The notes below the pieces were generated by a model that worked only from the letters and a program-made list of their open reading frames with translations, was not told where the DNA came from and made no database searches. A stretch of 64,000 nucleotides of DNA from Xanthobacteraceae bacterium. Lineage in GTDB: Bacteria > Pseudomonadota > Alphaproteobacteria > Rhizobiales > Xanthobacteraceae. Position 1 is the first letter of the stretch. The number at the start of each line of letters is the position of its first letter. Location of the stretch: contig DATMEW010000123.1 of the NCBI GenBank assembly GCA_035556495.1, positions 11,137 to 75,136 of the forward strand, read 5' to 3'. A program made the translations under genes and the position numbers. Positions 49,706 through 57,821 of this stretch are shown piece after piece.

Positions 49706-49999
49706 ATGTCGAAATATGTGGTGAGCTACGATCTGCGGCGCGAAGTCACTTCAACGGACTGGTATCGACTACACGAGACGTTAAAAACCGCCGTCGATTA
49801 CTGCTGGCCGCTCCAGTCAATCTGGATTATTGAAACACCGAGGACCCCAGCTGACATCATAGGGGTCCTTCGCTCGCAAGGCGTCATTGATGATAACGAC
49901 GGCATCATCGTTCTTGAGATCACGGGGAAAGGGGCTTTCCGGAGGGTCGCCAGCCAGGAAACGGCCAACTGGCTTGCCCAGCACCTTTACCAAGTCTGA
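49706..49999 (+). CDS. Stand-alone Cas2/VapD-like ferredoxin-fold small protein (hypothetical)
   Basis: GGGAGGG SD 5 nt upstream; by-eye alignment to the Cas2 consensus (YVVSYDL / PLQSIWIIE / DDNDGIIVLEI). Confidence 0.5.
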   Translation: MSKYVVSYDLRREVTSTDWYRLHETLKTAVDYCWPLQSIWIIETPRTPADIIGVLRSQGVIDDNDGIIVLEITGKGAFRRVASQETANWLAQHLYQV

Positions 50000-50052
50000 C
50001 ATTGACGTGTTCCTTATGAAAAGGCCGCCCAGAAGGACGGCCTTGGAAATAG

Positions 50053-50292
50053 TTGGAGAGCGAATTGACAACCTTTGAGATTGCCCTTTTGAGCATTTCG
50101 GCGGGTATTCTTATCGCGTTGTTAGTTGTGGTCTGGCTTCTTCTGGAAATCCATCACTTGATACGCGTCTGGATGCTGGATTGGGGGAAGAACCCTATGT
50201 ACGCCACCGGAAGCGAGTTGCGAGAGGTCAAGGATGAACTCTCTCGCGCTGCCGATTATATGAGAGTCTGGAAGCGCGAATCCTATGACTGA
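50053..50292 (+). CDS. Small single-pass membrane protein
   Basis: TM segment IALLSISAGILIALLVVVWLLL; TTG start (50053 or 50065). Confidence 0.45.
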   Translation: MESELTTFEIALLSISAGILIALLVVVWLLLEIHHLIRVWMLDWGKNPMYATGSELREVKDELSRAADYMRVWKRESYD

Positions 50293-50533
50293 CCTTCCTC
50301 GTTGGGCATTCTGGCTGGCGAATGCCAGCGTCATAGTTCTCATCTATCTTTTTGCCCAAGTGGCCAATGCCGCCGGATGGCAAATCAGCCTCGGATTCGG
50401 TGTCGGGGCTTTGTATATGTTCTGCCTTTTCCGTTGGCACTACGGCTGGTGGCCGGACTTCAATATGGACGGTGAGGACGACGCCAATTCCCAGCTTCCC
50501 CGCATAGACCCCGACCGCACCAACTATCGCTGA
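50285..50533 (+). CDS. Small two-TM membrane protein with acidic C-terminal tail
   Basis: WAFWLANASVIVLIYLFAQV and ISLGFGVGALYMFCLF hydrophobic segments; 8-nt overlap with the upstream ORF. Confidence 0.45.
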   Translation: MTDLPRWAFWLANASVIVLIYLFAQVANAAGWQISLGFGVGALYMFCLFRWHYGWWPDFNMDGEDDANSQLPRIDPDRTNYR

Positions 50534-52452
50534 TCATTCAGCAGATAGGAGTTCGCCCCGGCGATGGCGGCGGCGTCTCTAGTTGGTCGTGCAGCAACCG
50601 ACGCCTGCCGGCGGCCAACGGCCTCAATTGCGCGGGTAAGCTCCTTCATCGAATCCGGATTTGTCAGCAGTTCTCCGAGAACCTCGTCCGACCTGGACCG
50701 AAGAGTGTCGCGGATTTTCTTCGGAACCGTACCGATTGCCCGCCGCAGCAGGCTAACCGGCGGCGCTCCTGAGAACGCATCCATAATGAGGTCGCCAGCG
50801 ATCCCATCTGCGTCCTGACGTTCAGCGAGACGACGCGCTGTAGCAGAGTTGCCCAGTGCACGACTGGTCAATTCGGAAGAAGTCACCTCGAAGTTGAGTC
50901 TGTCCGCCCATTTGGCCGCTGCCGCCTCGTCCGGCATGATAGCGGCAACCTTCGACCTCATCTCGGGCGAGCGGAAATACTTGGTCATATCCCCCAGCTT
51001 CGCCGGGTCATTGCCCATCTTGCCAAGCATGGATGAGACAGCGCCTATGCGGAAAGCCTCCCGTTCAGCCTCAGGCATATGTTGCAAGGCCGCCCGAAGC
51101 TCCTCCGCACCTATCTTGGTATCGAAGATTCTGCGACCTTCCTCCACCGCGTCCAAATATCTGGATGGACCAGCCCAAGCATCACGAGCCTTCGCATAGG
51201 CCGGATTATGTTGATCGACGACGCCGATTAGGTCATCACGCATTGCGGAGAGGACGCGCGACTGATTAGCATTCCCCTTGCGTACGGCTTCTCCAACTAT
51301 ACCGTCTACCTGCTTCTTCCACGCGTCGATCTGGACCATGAGAGGCGCGTTTCTAACGTCTGCAATCCCATATTCGGTCTGTAGAGTTCTTCGGAAATCG
51401 GGGCTGCGTAGAACATGCTGGCCCCAGCCAGTGCTGGTGATCCGGTTCCAAACCTGCTCGATTTCTGGGGCGGTTCGAGCATTGAAGTTGAAGGCTTCAT
51501 CATAGAGGGGACGGGCAGCTTTCGCCCTTTCTGCCATAGTTTCCTGAATGGCCTGATGTGCAGTCTTGCTGGTGCCCGTCAGTTGGCGTAGGTCAGTGCT
51601 CAAGCGCGCCATCTGTCCCTGCTGACGACCTGTCAGGGCAGGGACCACAATAGTCCGGCCGGCGCCGGGCGTCTGAGCGACCCGTTCAACGAGCCCACGG
51701 ACGTTCTCGCCGCCAGCATCGGCCAGCGCCGCAACACCGGGGCGGGTCGCTTGCAAACCCTGCGTGCGAGCCATAAGAGCCGCCGGAGTGTCAGCGTCCC
51801 GCATAATTGCCCGACCGAGGTCGGCGGCTACATTTGCGCGCGGGGATATAGCTCCGCGAACAGCGTTTGCCGTCGCGCCGACACCTCGTGCTAGACCGGG
51901 GACGATTGCACCAACGGCTAATCCAGTGGCCCCGCCTTCTAACGCTCCTTGGGCGCGACCGCCGGGGTTCGCTTCGCCGGCTCCATAGGTTGCGCCGCCC
52001 CCAGCGCCACCCAGCATCATCCGGGCGACGGTAGGTAGCTTGGAGATGCCAGTTGCTGCGGCGGCTGCGCCAGTTGCAGGTAGAGCCGCCAGCGTTCCGG
52101 CAACAGCCCCGCCAATCTCGCCGGGCACCTTGATAGCTGTGGGGATCTGCTGGTCGCGGCGCTTTTCAGCGGCGAGGTTTTCCTCGTAGGTCCCGTTGCC
52201 GGCAAGCTCATTCGCCTTGGCTGATAGTTCATCAGCCCACCCGAATGTCATTCCAGAAGCCAGAGAACGAACCGCATCGTCTACATAGCCAAGAACGCCC
52301 TTGGACTGCTGCGGCACCGGGCGCCAGTCCTTGCCATCGAAGGCCAACATTTCCTTGGTCTGGGGATTAACGGCGGTTTTGGCCTTCTGCCAATTGCCGT
52401 CATCACTGAGAAACATCGTTTCCCCGGTTTGGTCATTGACTGCGATAGGCAT
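50524..52452 (-). CDS. Large internal virion/ejection protein (hypothetical)
   Basis: Position after the LT-domain protein, as for P22 gp20/gp16; Ala/Gly-rich hydrophobic stretch near the N-terminus. Confidence 0.5.
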   Translation of the reverse strand: MPIAVNDQTGETMFLSDDGNWQKAKTAVNPQTKEMLAFDGKDWRPVPQQSKGVLGYVDDAVRSLASGMTFGWADELSAKANELAGNGTYEENLAAEKRRDQQIPTAIKVPGEIGGAVAGTLAALPATGAAAAATGISKLPTVARMMLGGAGGGATYGAGEANPGGRAQGALEGGATGLAVGAIVPGLARGVGATANAVRGAISPRANVAADLGRAIMRDADTPAALMARTQGLQATRPGVAALADAGGENVRGLVERVAQTPGAGRTIVVPALTGRQQGQMARLSTDLRQLTGTSKTAHQAIQETMAERAKAARPLYDEAFNFNARTAPEIEQVWNRITSTGWGQHVLRSPDFRRTLQTEYGIADVRNAPLMVQIDAWKKQVDGIVGEAVRKGNANQSRVLSAMRDDLIGVVDQHNPAYAKARDAWAGPSRYLDAVEEGRRIFDTKIGAEELRAALQHMPEAEREAFRIGAVSSMLGKMGNDPAKLGDMTKYFRSPEMRSKVAAIMPDEAAAAKWADRLNFEVTSSELTSRALGNSATARRLAERQDADGIAGDLIMDAFSGAPPVSLLRRAIGTVPKKIRDTLRSRSDEVLGELLTNPDSMKELTRAIEAVGRRQASVAARPTRDAAAIAGANSYLLNDQR

Positions 52453-54047
52453 TATTCAATGATCCGAAAGCCAGCGGGCGGCGTCGGGATAGCAGGCGCC
52501 ACGGCCCCATCTTTCGGCGTGCCGGTCTCGCTTCCCAGCCAGTTGAAATCTCCCATGGACGGGCGCCGGCCTTTGTATCCCCGGAGCGTGCCGTGTTCCT
52601 CGAAATACTGCACCATGGCCTGCGTAGATTCTCCCATGGATTTGATGGTTTCGAAAAGACGGCGGACGCGCTTTACATTTTCTTCCGGCTTGAGGCGAGG
52701 ATTGAACGCGCGTGCGATCAATCGGTCGCCTTCCTTCTCGGTGAACTGCGCACCGAGAATTTCTCGCAGCGACCGCTGGACAACTTCCTCCACCCCTTCC
52801 CGGGCAATGGTCCCTTGCTCGTTGATGAACGGCTGGAGGAAATCGGGAAGCACACCAACAGCGCCGGTGACATTGCCGCCCTTTTCGAGAATGCCCAGCG
52901 CCTCGTTAAGCTGGGTAAGCTGCTTGGCCGAGTCCGCAAAGCCTGACGTGTTCCATCGGAGATAGGTGTCTGCGAAAGATTCGTCGATCTTCTTCTGGCC
53001 CGGCGACAAGCTTTCGCCGCCGACGGTTACATTCGTTGCGCCGGCCTTCCGCAGGTCTCGCTGGAAATCCATGTAAGTGCCGGGGAAACCCTGACCCTTC
53101 GCGAACAAATACTGCCTGACAGCTTCCGGTGTCTTGTTCTGCTCGAACTCCTGCGCCAGTAGCGTTTTAGCCACGTCTTTCATATTCGCGGGGAGGTTCG
53201 GATTTGCCATGGCTCCGATGAGCTGCTGGGCACGCAGCGACAGGTTCATTCCGCCGCTGGGCTGTCCGGAAGTCGGGCCATTCGCCTGAGGTGTGCCGGG
53301 AACGACATACTGCGCCGGACGCGCATTCGGGGGGATTGCTGCCGGGTCGGCGTCGTTCGCCGTGACGCCAGCAGCCTGAGCGAACCGCTGTCCATACTGC
53401 TGGACAGACGTGCCGAGCTGGTCCTTGGCGTTCGGGTTGTTCATCCCGCCTTCGCCGGCAAACCACGCGCGGGCAGCACCTTCCGGACCGTATTTTGCGG
53501 CATACTGGCCGAAGCGATGTTGAAACACCGCGTCCTGCGCCTGCGGATCAGCGAGGAATTCCTGCGGCGTCATCCGCCGACCAAGGGCAGCCTGCGTCCA
53601 CTCCGGAATATTGTTACCCATGACCTGATATTTGCCATAGGCCCGATCACCCGATTTTGTTACGAGCGGCCCCAAGGCATCATATCTGCCGCCGGACTCG
53701 ATCCCGGCGATGGCGTTGCCCCAAGATTGCGGGTCACTGGCCGACTGTCCGGAAGCTCCTGCGGAAGGTTGTCCGGTCAACGCGCTGAGAAAGTTCTGCC
53801 CCGCCTGCGCCTGTAGACCACGGGTGCGCTCTGCCTCCTGCAAGCCCATGACCTTGAGGCCAGCGTCCAGTTGACCGGCCCCCATCAACTGGTCGATTGC
53901 CGATCCGTAATTACGGGATTGCAACGAGCGACCAGCATCCTGCACCAGGCCCTCTTTGCGCCACGTATCCCCGCGACTATAGCCTTTGTCGAAAGCCGAC
54001 AGGGCGTCGAGGATCGACGGGACCGGGATGCTGAACTGGTTTGCCAT
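52452..54047 (-). CDS. Internal virion protein with lytic transglycosylase (SLT/lysozyme-like) domain
   Basis: AIAGIESGGRYDALGP...GKYQVMGNNIPEWT motif. Confidence 0.75.
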   Translation of the reverse strand: MANQFSIPVPSILDALSAFDKGYSRGDTWRKEGLVQDAGRSLQSRNYGSAIDQLMGAGQLDAGLKVMGLQEAERTRGLQAQAGQNFLSALTGQPSAGASGQSASDPQSWGNAIAGIESGGRYDALGPLVTKSGDRAYGKYQVMGNNIPEWTQAALGRRMTPQEFLADPQAQDAVFQHRFGQYAAKYGPEGAARAWFAGEGGMNNPNAKDQLGTSVQQYGQRFAQAAGVTANDADPAAIPPNARPAQYVVPGTPQANGPTSGQPSGGMNLSLRAQQLIGAMANPNLPANMKDVAKTLLAQEFEQNKTPEAVRQYLFAKGQGFPGTYMDFQRDLRKAGATNVTVGGESLSPGQKKIDESFADTYLRWNTSGFADSAKQLTQLNEALGILEKGGNVTGAVGVLPDFLQPFINEQGTIAREGVEEVVQRSLREILGAQFTEKEGDRLIARAFNPRLKPEENVKRVRRLFETIKSMGESTQAMVQYFEEHGTLRGYKGRRPSMGDFNWLGSETGTPKDGAVAPAIPTPPAGFRIIE

Positions 54048-54790
54048 CAGTAGATGCGTCCCATCAGAGCATTGGTGGCACCGCCGCCACCGAACCCCCC
54101 GGCGAGATTGCCGAGCGTGCTTCCAAGGCCACCGAGCCCGCCGACGCCACCCAGCGCCATACCGGCAAGGTTCATGCCGAGGCCGGCGATATTTCCAGCG
54201 CCAGCAGCCCGCGCACCGGCACCGGCCACCATGCCATCTGCAATCGTGCCTGCCGCGCCAAGCTCACCCTGATAGGCGGACTGGCGGGCGGAGAACTCGT
54301 TGTTGAGGCCCGTTCCCGTGGTTCCAACCTGCGCGCCCGTGGCCTGCAAGCCCTGACCACCAAGGCCGGACAGACGATCCAGCCATCCGCCGAATTTCTG
54401 CGTGGCGTAATCCTGCCCGAAGCGGTTGAGCGATTTCAGGGTGCCGCCGCTGTTCAGCAGGCCCTGCGCCGCTCGATTGCCCGTGATGGCGTTGCTGCCC
54501 TGCGTCAAACCTTCCATATAACCCGGCGAGGCGCGGAAGGTATCGAGGGCTGCCGCCTGCGCCTCCGGTCCTGCCAGGCCGAGCGCGGCCAGATAAGTCT
54601 GGTATCCCTGCTGGCCTCCCTGGACATATGGATCATAAGAACCAGCGAGCTGGGCGAACTGATCCCGGCTTTTCTCGCCGGCAAGGATCATCCGCTCGTT
54701 GGCTTCCTGCTGCTTGCGGTATTTGTCCGCAGCCGCGGCCTGCGCGGTCTTATCCGCGTCGGCACCGGAGAATACGTCAAAGAATCCCAT
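54047..54790 (-). CDS. Gly-rich ejection/internal protein (hypothetical)
   Basis: Position; C-terminal GGVGGLGGLGSTLGNLAGGFGGGG. Confidence 0.45.
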   Translation of the reverse strand: MGFFDVFSGADADKTAQAAAADKYRKQQEANERMILAGEKSRDQFAQLAGSYDPYVQGGQQGYQTYLAALGLAGPEAQAAALDTFRASPGYMEGLTQGSNAITGNRAAQGLLNSGGTLKSLNRFGQDYATQKFGGWLDRLSGLGGQGLQATGAQVGTTGTGLNNEFSARQSAYQGELGAAGTIADGMVAGAGARAAGAGNIAGLGMNLAGMALGGVGGLGGLGSTLGNLAGGFGGGGATNALMGRIY

Positions 54791-54792
54791 GG

Positions 54793-55104
54793 TCAGGTAT
54801 CCATACGGCCAGAGGTGCGAAGGGCGGCCAGAAGGGCGTTGTGGGCGGTGGAGATTTCCGCCTCGTCTGCGGTGTCCGGGTCAAGGTCCGGCTGGGCAGG
54901 CATCACCGGGAAGGTCTTGGCGGTCAGGTCAGAGGACAGCGTGTCGATGCGCTGATTGATCTCAGTCAGGCTGGTTTCGGTCCCGCCGCCCTGTGCCTTG
55001 AGCGCGTCTTGCAGCGCGTAGATCAGCCGTTCCAGCCCCTCCAGATAATCGGAGAGGTTCGGATCGATATCGACGCGCGGCAGCGTCGTCCTGCGTGTTG
55101 CCAT
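54793..55104 (-). CDS. Short coiled-coil protein, tail-needle (gp26-like) candidate
   Basis: Follows the gp10-like gene as gp26 does in P22; heptad-like LERLIYALQDALKAQ; C-terminal NALLAALRTSG resembles fibre/needle termini. Confidence 0.35.
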   Translation of the reverse strand: MATRRTTLPRVDIDPNLSDYLEGLERLIYALQDALKAQGGGTETSLTEINQRIDTLSSDLTAKTFPVMPAQPDLDPDTADEAEISTAHNALLAALRTSGRMDT

Positions 55105-56516
55105 TACAGTTTCAGCGGCCGGACAGCGGCGTCTGCGGCGACAAGGCCGCGCGCAACGGGGTCGGAGACGGACAGCTTCCAGACGCGGCCCTGAGGCCCA
55201 AAGCGGCCGAGGCGACGGCTGGTCACGCGGGTCCGATACTGGCCCCGCTTGCCGAGGGAGACGTGGCGGGTGATTGGGAAGGTCGATCCGCCATCATTGG
55301 ACCACGACAGCATGACCACCGGATCATATCCCTGATCGGTCGGTAGCAATCGGCCATAGCCCGTCGCCATATCGAAGTGCATCGCATCCACAATCCCGCC
55401 GTTCGGAAAGGCGTGCATCGTGGGCGACACCACGTCCCAGATCATCGGCGCGCCGGCCTCGGTCGTCGTGTCGGAATCGAAATAGTAGACATTCCCGCCG
55501 AAGCGGTCGGTCACGATGGTCTTGCCCCACGCCTGGAAGGCGTTGGAGTGTCGCCAGCGGGTCTTTTGATGGCTCCTGCGCCGGTGCCAGACGCCCGTTG
55601 CGGCATCGTAGGAATAGGACCAGTTCGAGCCCGTGATGTTGTAGAAGCTATGGCCCTGACTGGCCCACGCCATGGCCTCGATGGCTTCCGGGTTCGGATC
55701 GGCCTCGATGGCGCGCTCCACCTCGTGATTGCTGATCCGTGTCGGGGTGTAGCCGTTCAGCCGATAGACAATGCCATCAGAGCCGACGAACAGGATTGAG
55801 CCGTCCGTCGAGACAACCGAGTGTTTCGCCAGCAGGCCCTTGGGAATGGTGCTGGACCCAGAACGCGGGCGGAATGGGTCCTCGGCGTCTCCGGTCGGTG
55901 CCCAAACCTCCGTGACCTTGGTCCCGAACAGGAACAGCTCGGACCGATCGACAAAGCCGCGCACCAGCCGATCTGGAAGTTGCTCCGCTGTATAGAACGA
56001 CAGGCCGTCGATGATCGTCGCTTCCGACTGCTCGGAATAGTACCAGCGGCCGGTGCTCCCGAAATAGAGGACGTATCCGACGAGATAATCCACGGAATTG
56101 GTATCGTACGGAAGATCCGGATCAACAATCCGCGTCACCGAGTCAGACGCAATGACGTAGCAGCCTACATCGGTCTGCACTACGATCTGCGGAATCGTCG
56201 CCTGATTGCGCGTGATCGTGACCTTCGACGCGCCGGGTATGGTCCCGATCCGCGTCATTGCCCCGTCAGATGTCAGTTTCCACGCGCTGGACGAATGCAC
56301 CAGATAGGCGCATTGCAGGTCGTCGCAGTAAATCGCGCCACGGCACGGCGTATCCGGACCGGAGGCGAAGGGCAGGGTGCCATCACAGGCCATCACGCCA
56401 AGCATCCCCTTGGCATCCTCGCCCAGCTTCTCGGCATACGCATTCACCAGCGAGGTCACGCCCATAAAGGCGTATTTGCCCCGGTTGGTCTGGAATGCGA
56501 TGGGAACGGCGGTCAT
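55104..56516 (-). CDS. Packaged-DNA stabilisation / tail hub protein (P22 gp10-like)
   Basis: 470 aa (P22 gp10 is about 470 aa); position; C-terminal pattern R..RLGRFGPQGRVWKLSV resembles the gp10 end; ATGA overlap defines the start at 56516. Confidence 0.55.
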   Translation of the reverse strand: MTAVPIAFQTNRGKYAFMGVTSLVNAYAEKLGEDAKGMLGVMACDGTLPFASGPDTPCRGAIYCDDLQCAYLVHSSSAWKLTSDGAMTRIGTIPGASKVTITRNQATIPQIVVQTDVGCYVIASDSVTRIVDPDLPYDTNSVDYLVGYVLYFGSTGRWYYSEQSEATIIDGLSFYTAEQLPDRLVRGFVDRSELFLFGTKVTEVWAPTGDAEDPFRPRSGSSTIPKGLLAKHSVVSTDGSILFVGSDGIVYRLNGYTPTRISNHEVERAIEADPNPEAIEAMAWASQGHSFYNITGSNWSYSYDAATGVWHRRRSHQKTRWRHSNAFQAWGKTIVTDRFGGNVYYFDSDTTTEAGAPMIWDVVSPTMHAFPNGGIVDAMHFDMATGYGRLLPTDQGYDPVVMLSWSNDGGSTFPITRHVSLGKRGQYRTRVTSRRLGRFGPQGRVWKLSVSDPVARGLVAADAAVRPLKL

Positions 56517-56875
56517 CGGCCCATCACGTCGTTGGTTCGCAGGGTCAAAGGACGAATGCCTCGCGGTGCCGATAGGCTGGACAGCGCCCGTTCCGCCTCT
56601 CGCATGGCAGCCATGGCCGTCGCCTGATCCATCAGACCGAAAGACGGCGCGATGGCCAGACCGATCCTGCGCGACAAGGCCGTGAGGTAGGCCGGAGGGA
56701 TCGCCATGGCCGACCCATTCCAAATCGGCATGTTGAGGGCCGCGAGCAGAGTAACCTCACCCTCGACCGTCTCCTTTGCCCAAGCCAGGTCATCCGGGCT
56801 CGGCATTTCCTCCGCTGCCACAAGGCCCAAGTCCTTGAGCATACGGGTTGCCAGATCGGTCAGTGAGTAGGCCAT
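56513..56875 (-). CDS. Head-to-tail adaptor candidate (gp4-like by position)
   Basis: Position only. Confidence 0.35.
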   Translation of the reverse strand: MAYSLTDLATRMLKDLGLVAAEEMPSPDDLAWAKETVEGEVTLLAALNMPIWNGSAMAIPPAYLTALSRRIGLAIAPSFGLMDQATAMAAMREAERALSSLSAPRGIRPLTLRTNDVMGR

Positions 56876-57597
56876 ATCTCATCCCGAAGCTTGGGGGAGA
56901 GGGCGATAACGTCCACGTCCTCGTGCGCGATTGCCGCGCTCAAGAGACCGCCGGATCGGTCGATCATGATGTCAGGGCACGACCGGAGCAGCGCCGCGAG
57001 GAAGTCCACCTGACACAACATGTCAGGGCTGGTCAGGAAGTCCTTTCCGCCGCATTCGACCCTCACGAGGTCGTCCAGCGGGCGGCAGTTGCCATAGGCG
57101 TGAGTCATTCGGTCGAAATTGCCTTCGCAGCCGTAGAACAGGACGCGCCTGTGACCGCGCTCGAATGCAATCATCGGGGCCGTGGTGGCGGTCGTCGGTC
57201 CGTTCAACAGCCCGTCGTCGCCTCCGACATGGACAGCCTCAACATCCGCGTTTTGGAGCGTAGCAAACACGTCGGGGTGGCAGGACGTGGACAGGATCGC
57301 CCGTTCGGCACCGCGGGCCATGCGGGCAATCGCGGGAAGCGGGTCCACACTCAGGAATGCCGCGTCAATGCCGTTCTCGCGGCACCAGCGCCATGCCCCA
57401 TTGATGGCCCATACCTCCGCTTCGATGGACCGCAGTTCCTCGACGTGGCCTAGAATAGACGGGCCACCGCCAACGATTGCAACGTCAGGAAGGCGGGCCT
57501 CCCCCAGTCGGGGAAAGCCCAGTTTGATGGCATGGACCCGGTGACGCGCCAGAATTTCCTCCGACGCGCCGCCGATAGCCTGCACCTGCATCTTCAT
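56860..57597 (-). CDS. DUF115 / MptE-Maf-like protein (putative glycosyl/nonulosonate transferase type)
   Basis: VAIVGGGPSILGHVEEL...EVWAINGAWRWCRENGIDAAFLSVDP ... GPTTATTAPMIAFERGHRRVLFYGCEG matches the DUF115 layout. Confidence 0.55.
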   Translation of the reverse strand: MKMQVQAIGGASEEILARHRVHAIKLGFPRLGEARLPDVAIVGGGPSILGHVEELRSIEAEVWAINGAWRWCRENGIDAAFLSVDPLPAIARMARGAERAILSTSCHPDVFATLQNADVEAVHVGGDDGLLNGPTTATTAPMIAFERGHRRVLFYGCEGNFDRMTHAYGNCRPLDDLVRVECGGKDFLTSPDMLCQVDFLAALLRSCPDIMIDRSGGLLSAAIAHEDVDVIALSPKLRDEIWPTH

Positions 57598-57806
57598 GCG
57601 CTGGGCAGGATGCCCTTGAGTTTCAGCGCCTCGACGACCTGCTGGACCACCGTGACGGCAGTTGCGATGGTTGCACCCGTCGCCAGCGTGACTACCGTGC
57701 CATACTGGGCAACAGGGGTCGCGCCGTGAAGGGAAATCAGGTCCGACGCGGACTGACCCAATACGGTGCCTTCGGCGCCGCCGTCAGAGAGTTGCTTGGA
57801 AGCCAT
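57594..57806 (-). CDS. Small Gly/Ala/Thr-rich head-associated protein (hypothetical)
   Basis: GTVLGQSASDLISLHGATPVAQ motif, recurrent downstream of phage coat genes. Confidence 0.4.
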   Translation of the reverse strand: MASKQLSDGGAEGTVLGQSASDLISLHGATPVAQYGTVVTLATGATIATAVTVVQQVVEALKLKGILPSA

Positions 57807-57821
57807 GATGAAAACTCCTGA

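Noticed and set aside
50016-50078. 20-codon ORF (MKRPPRRTALEIVGERIDNL) between cassette genes 1 and 2
   Set aside because: It overlaps the hairpin 50021-50044 and the start of the next gene and has no convincing RBS. It is more likely non-coding spacer.
49600-50540. CRISPR array or cas operon associated with the Cas2-like ORF
   Set aside because: I looked for regularly spaced direct repeats and for cas1-like ORFs around the cassette and across the window and saw none. The Cas2-like call is therefore reported only as a stand-alone fold resemblance.
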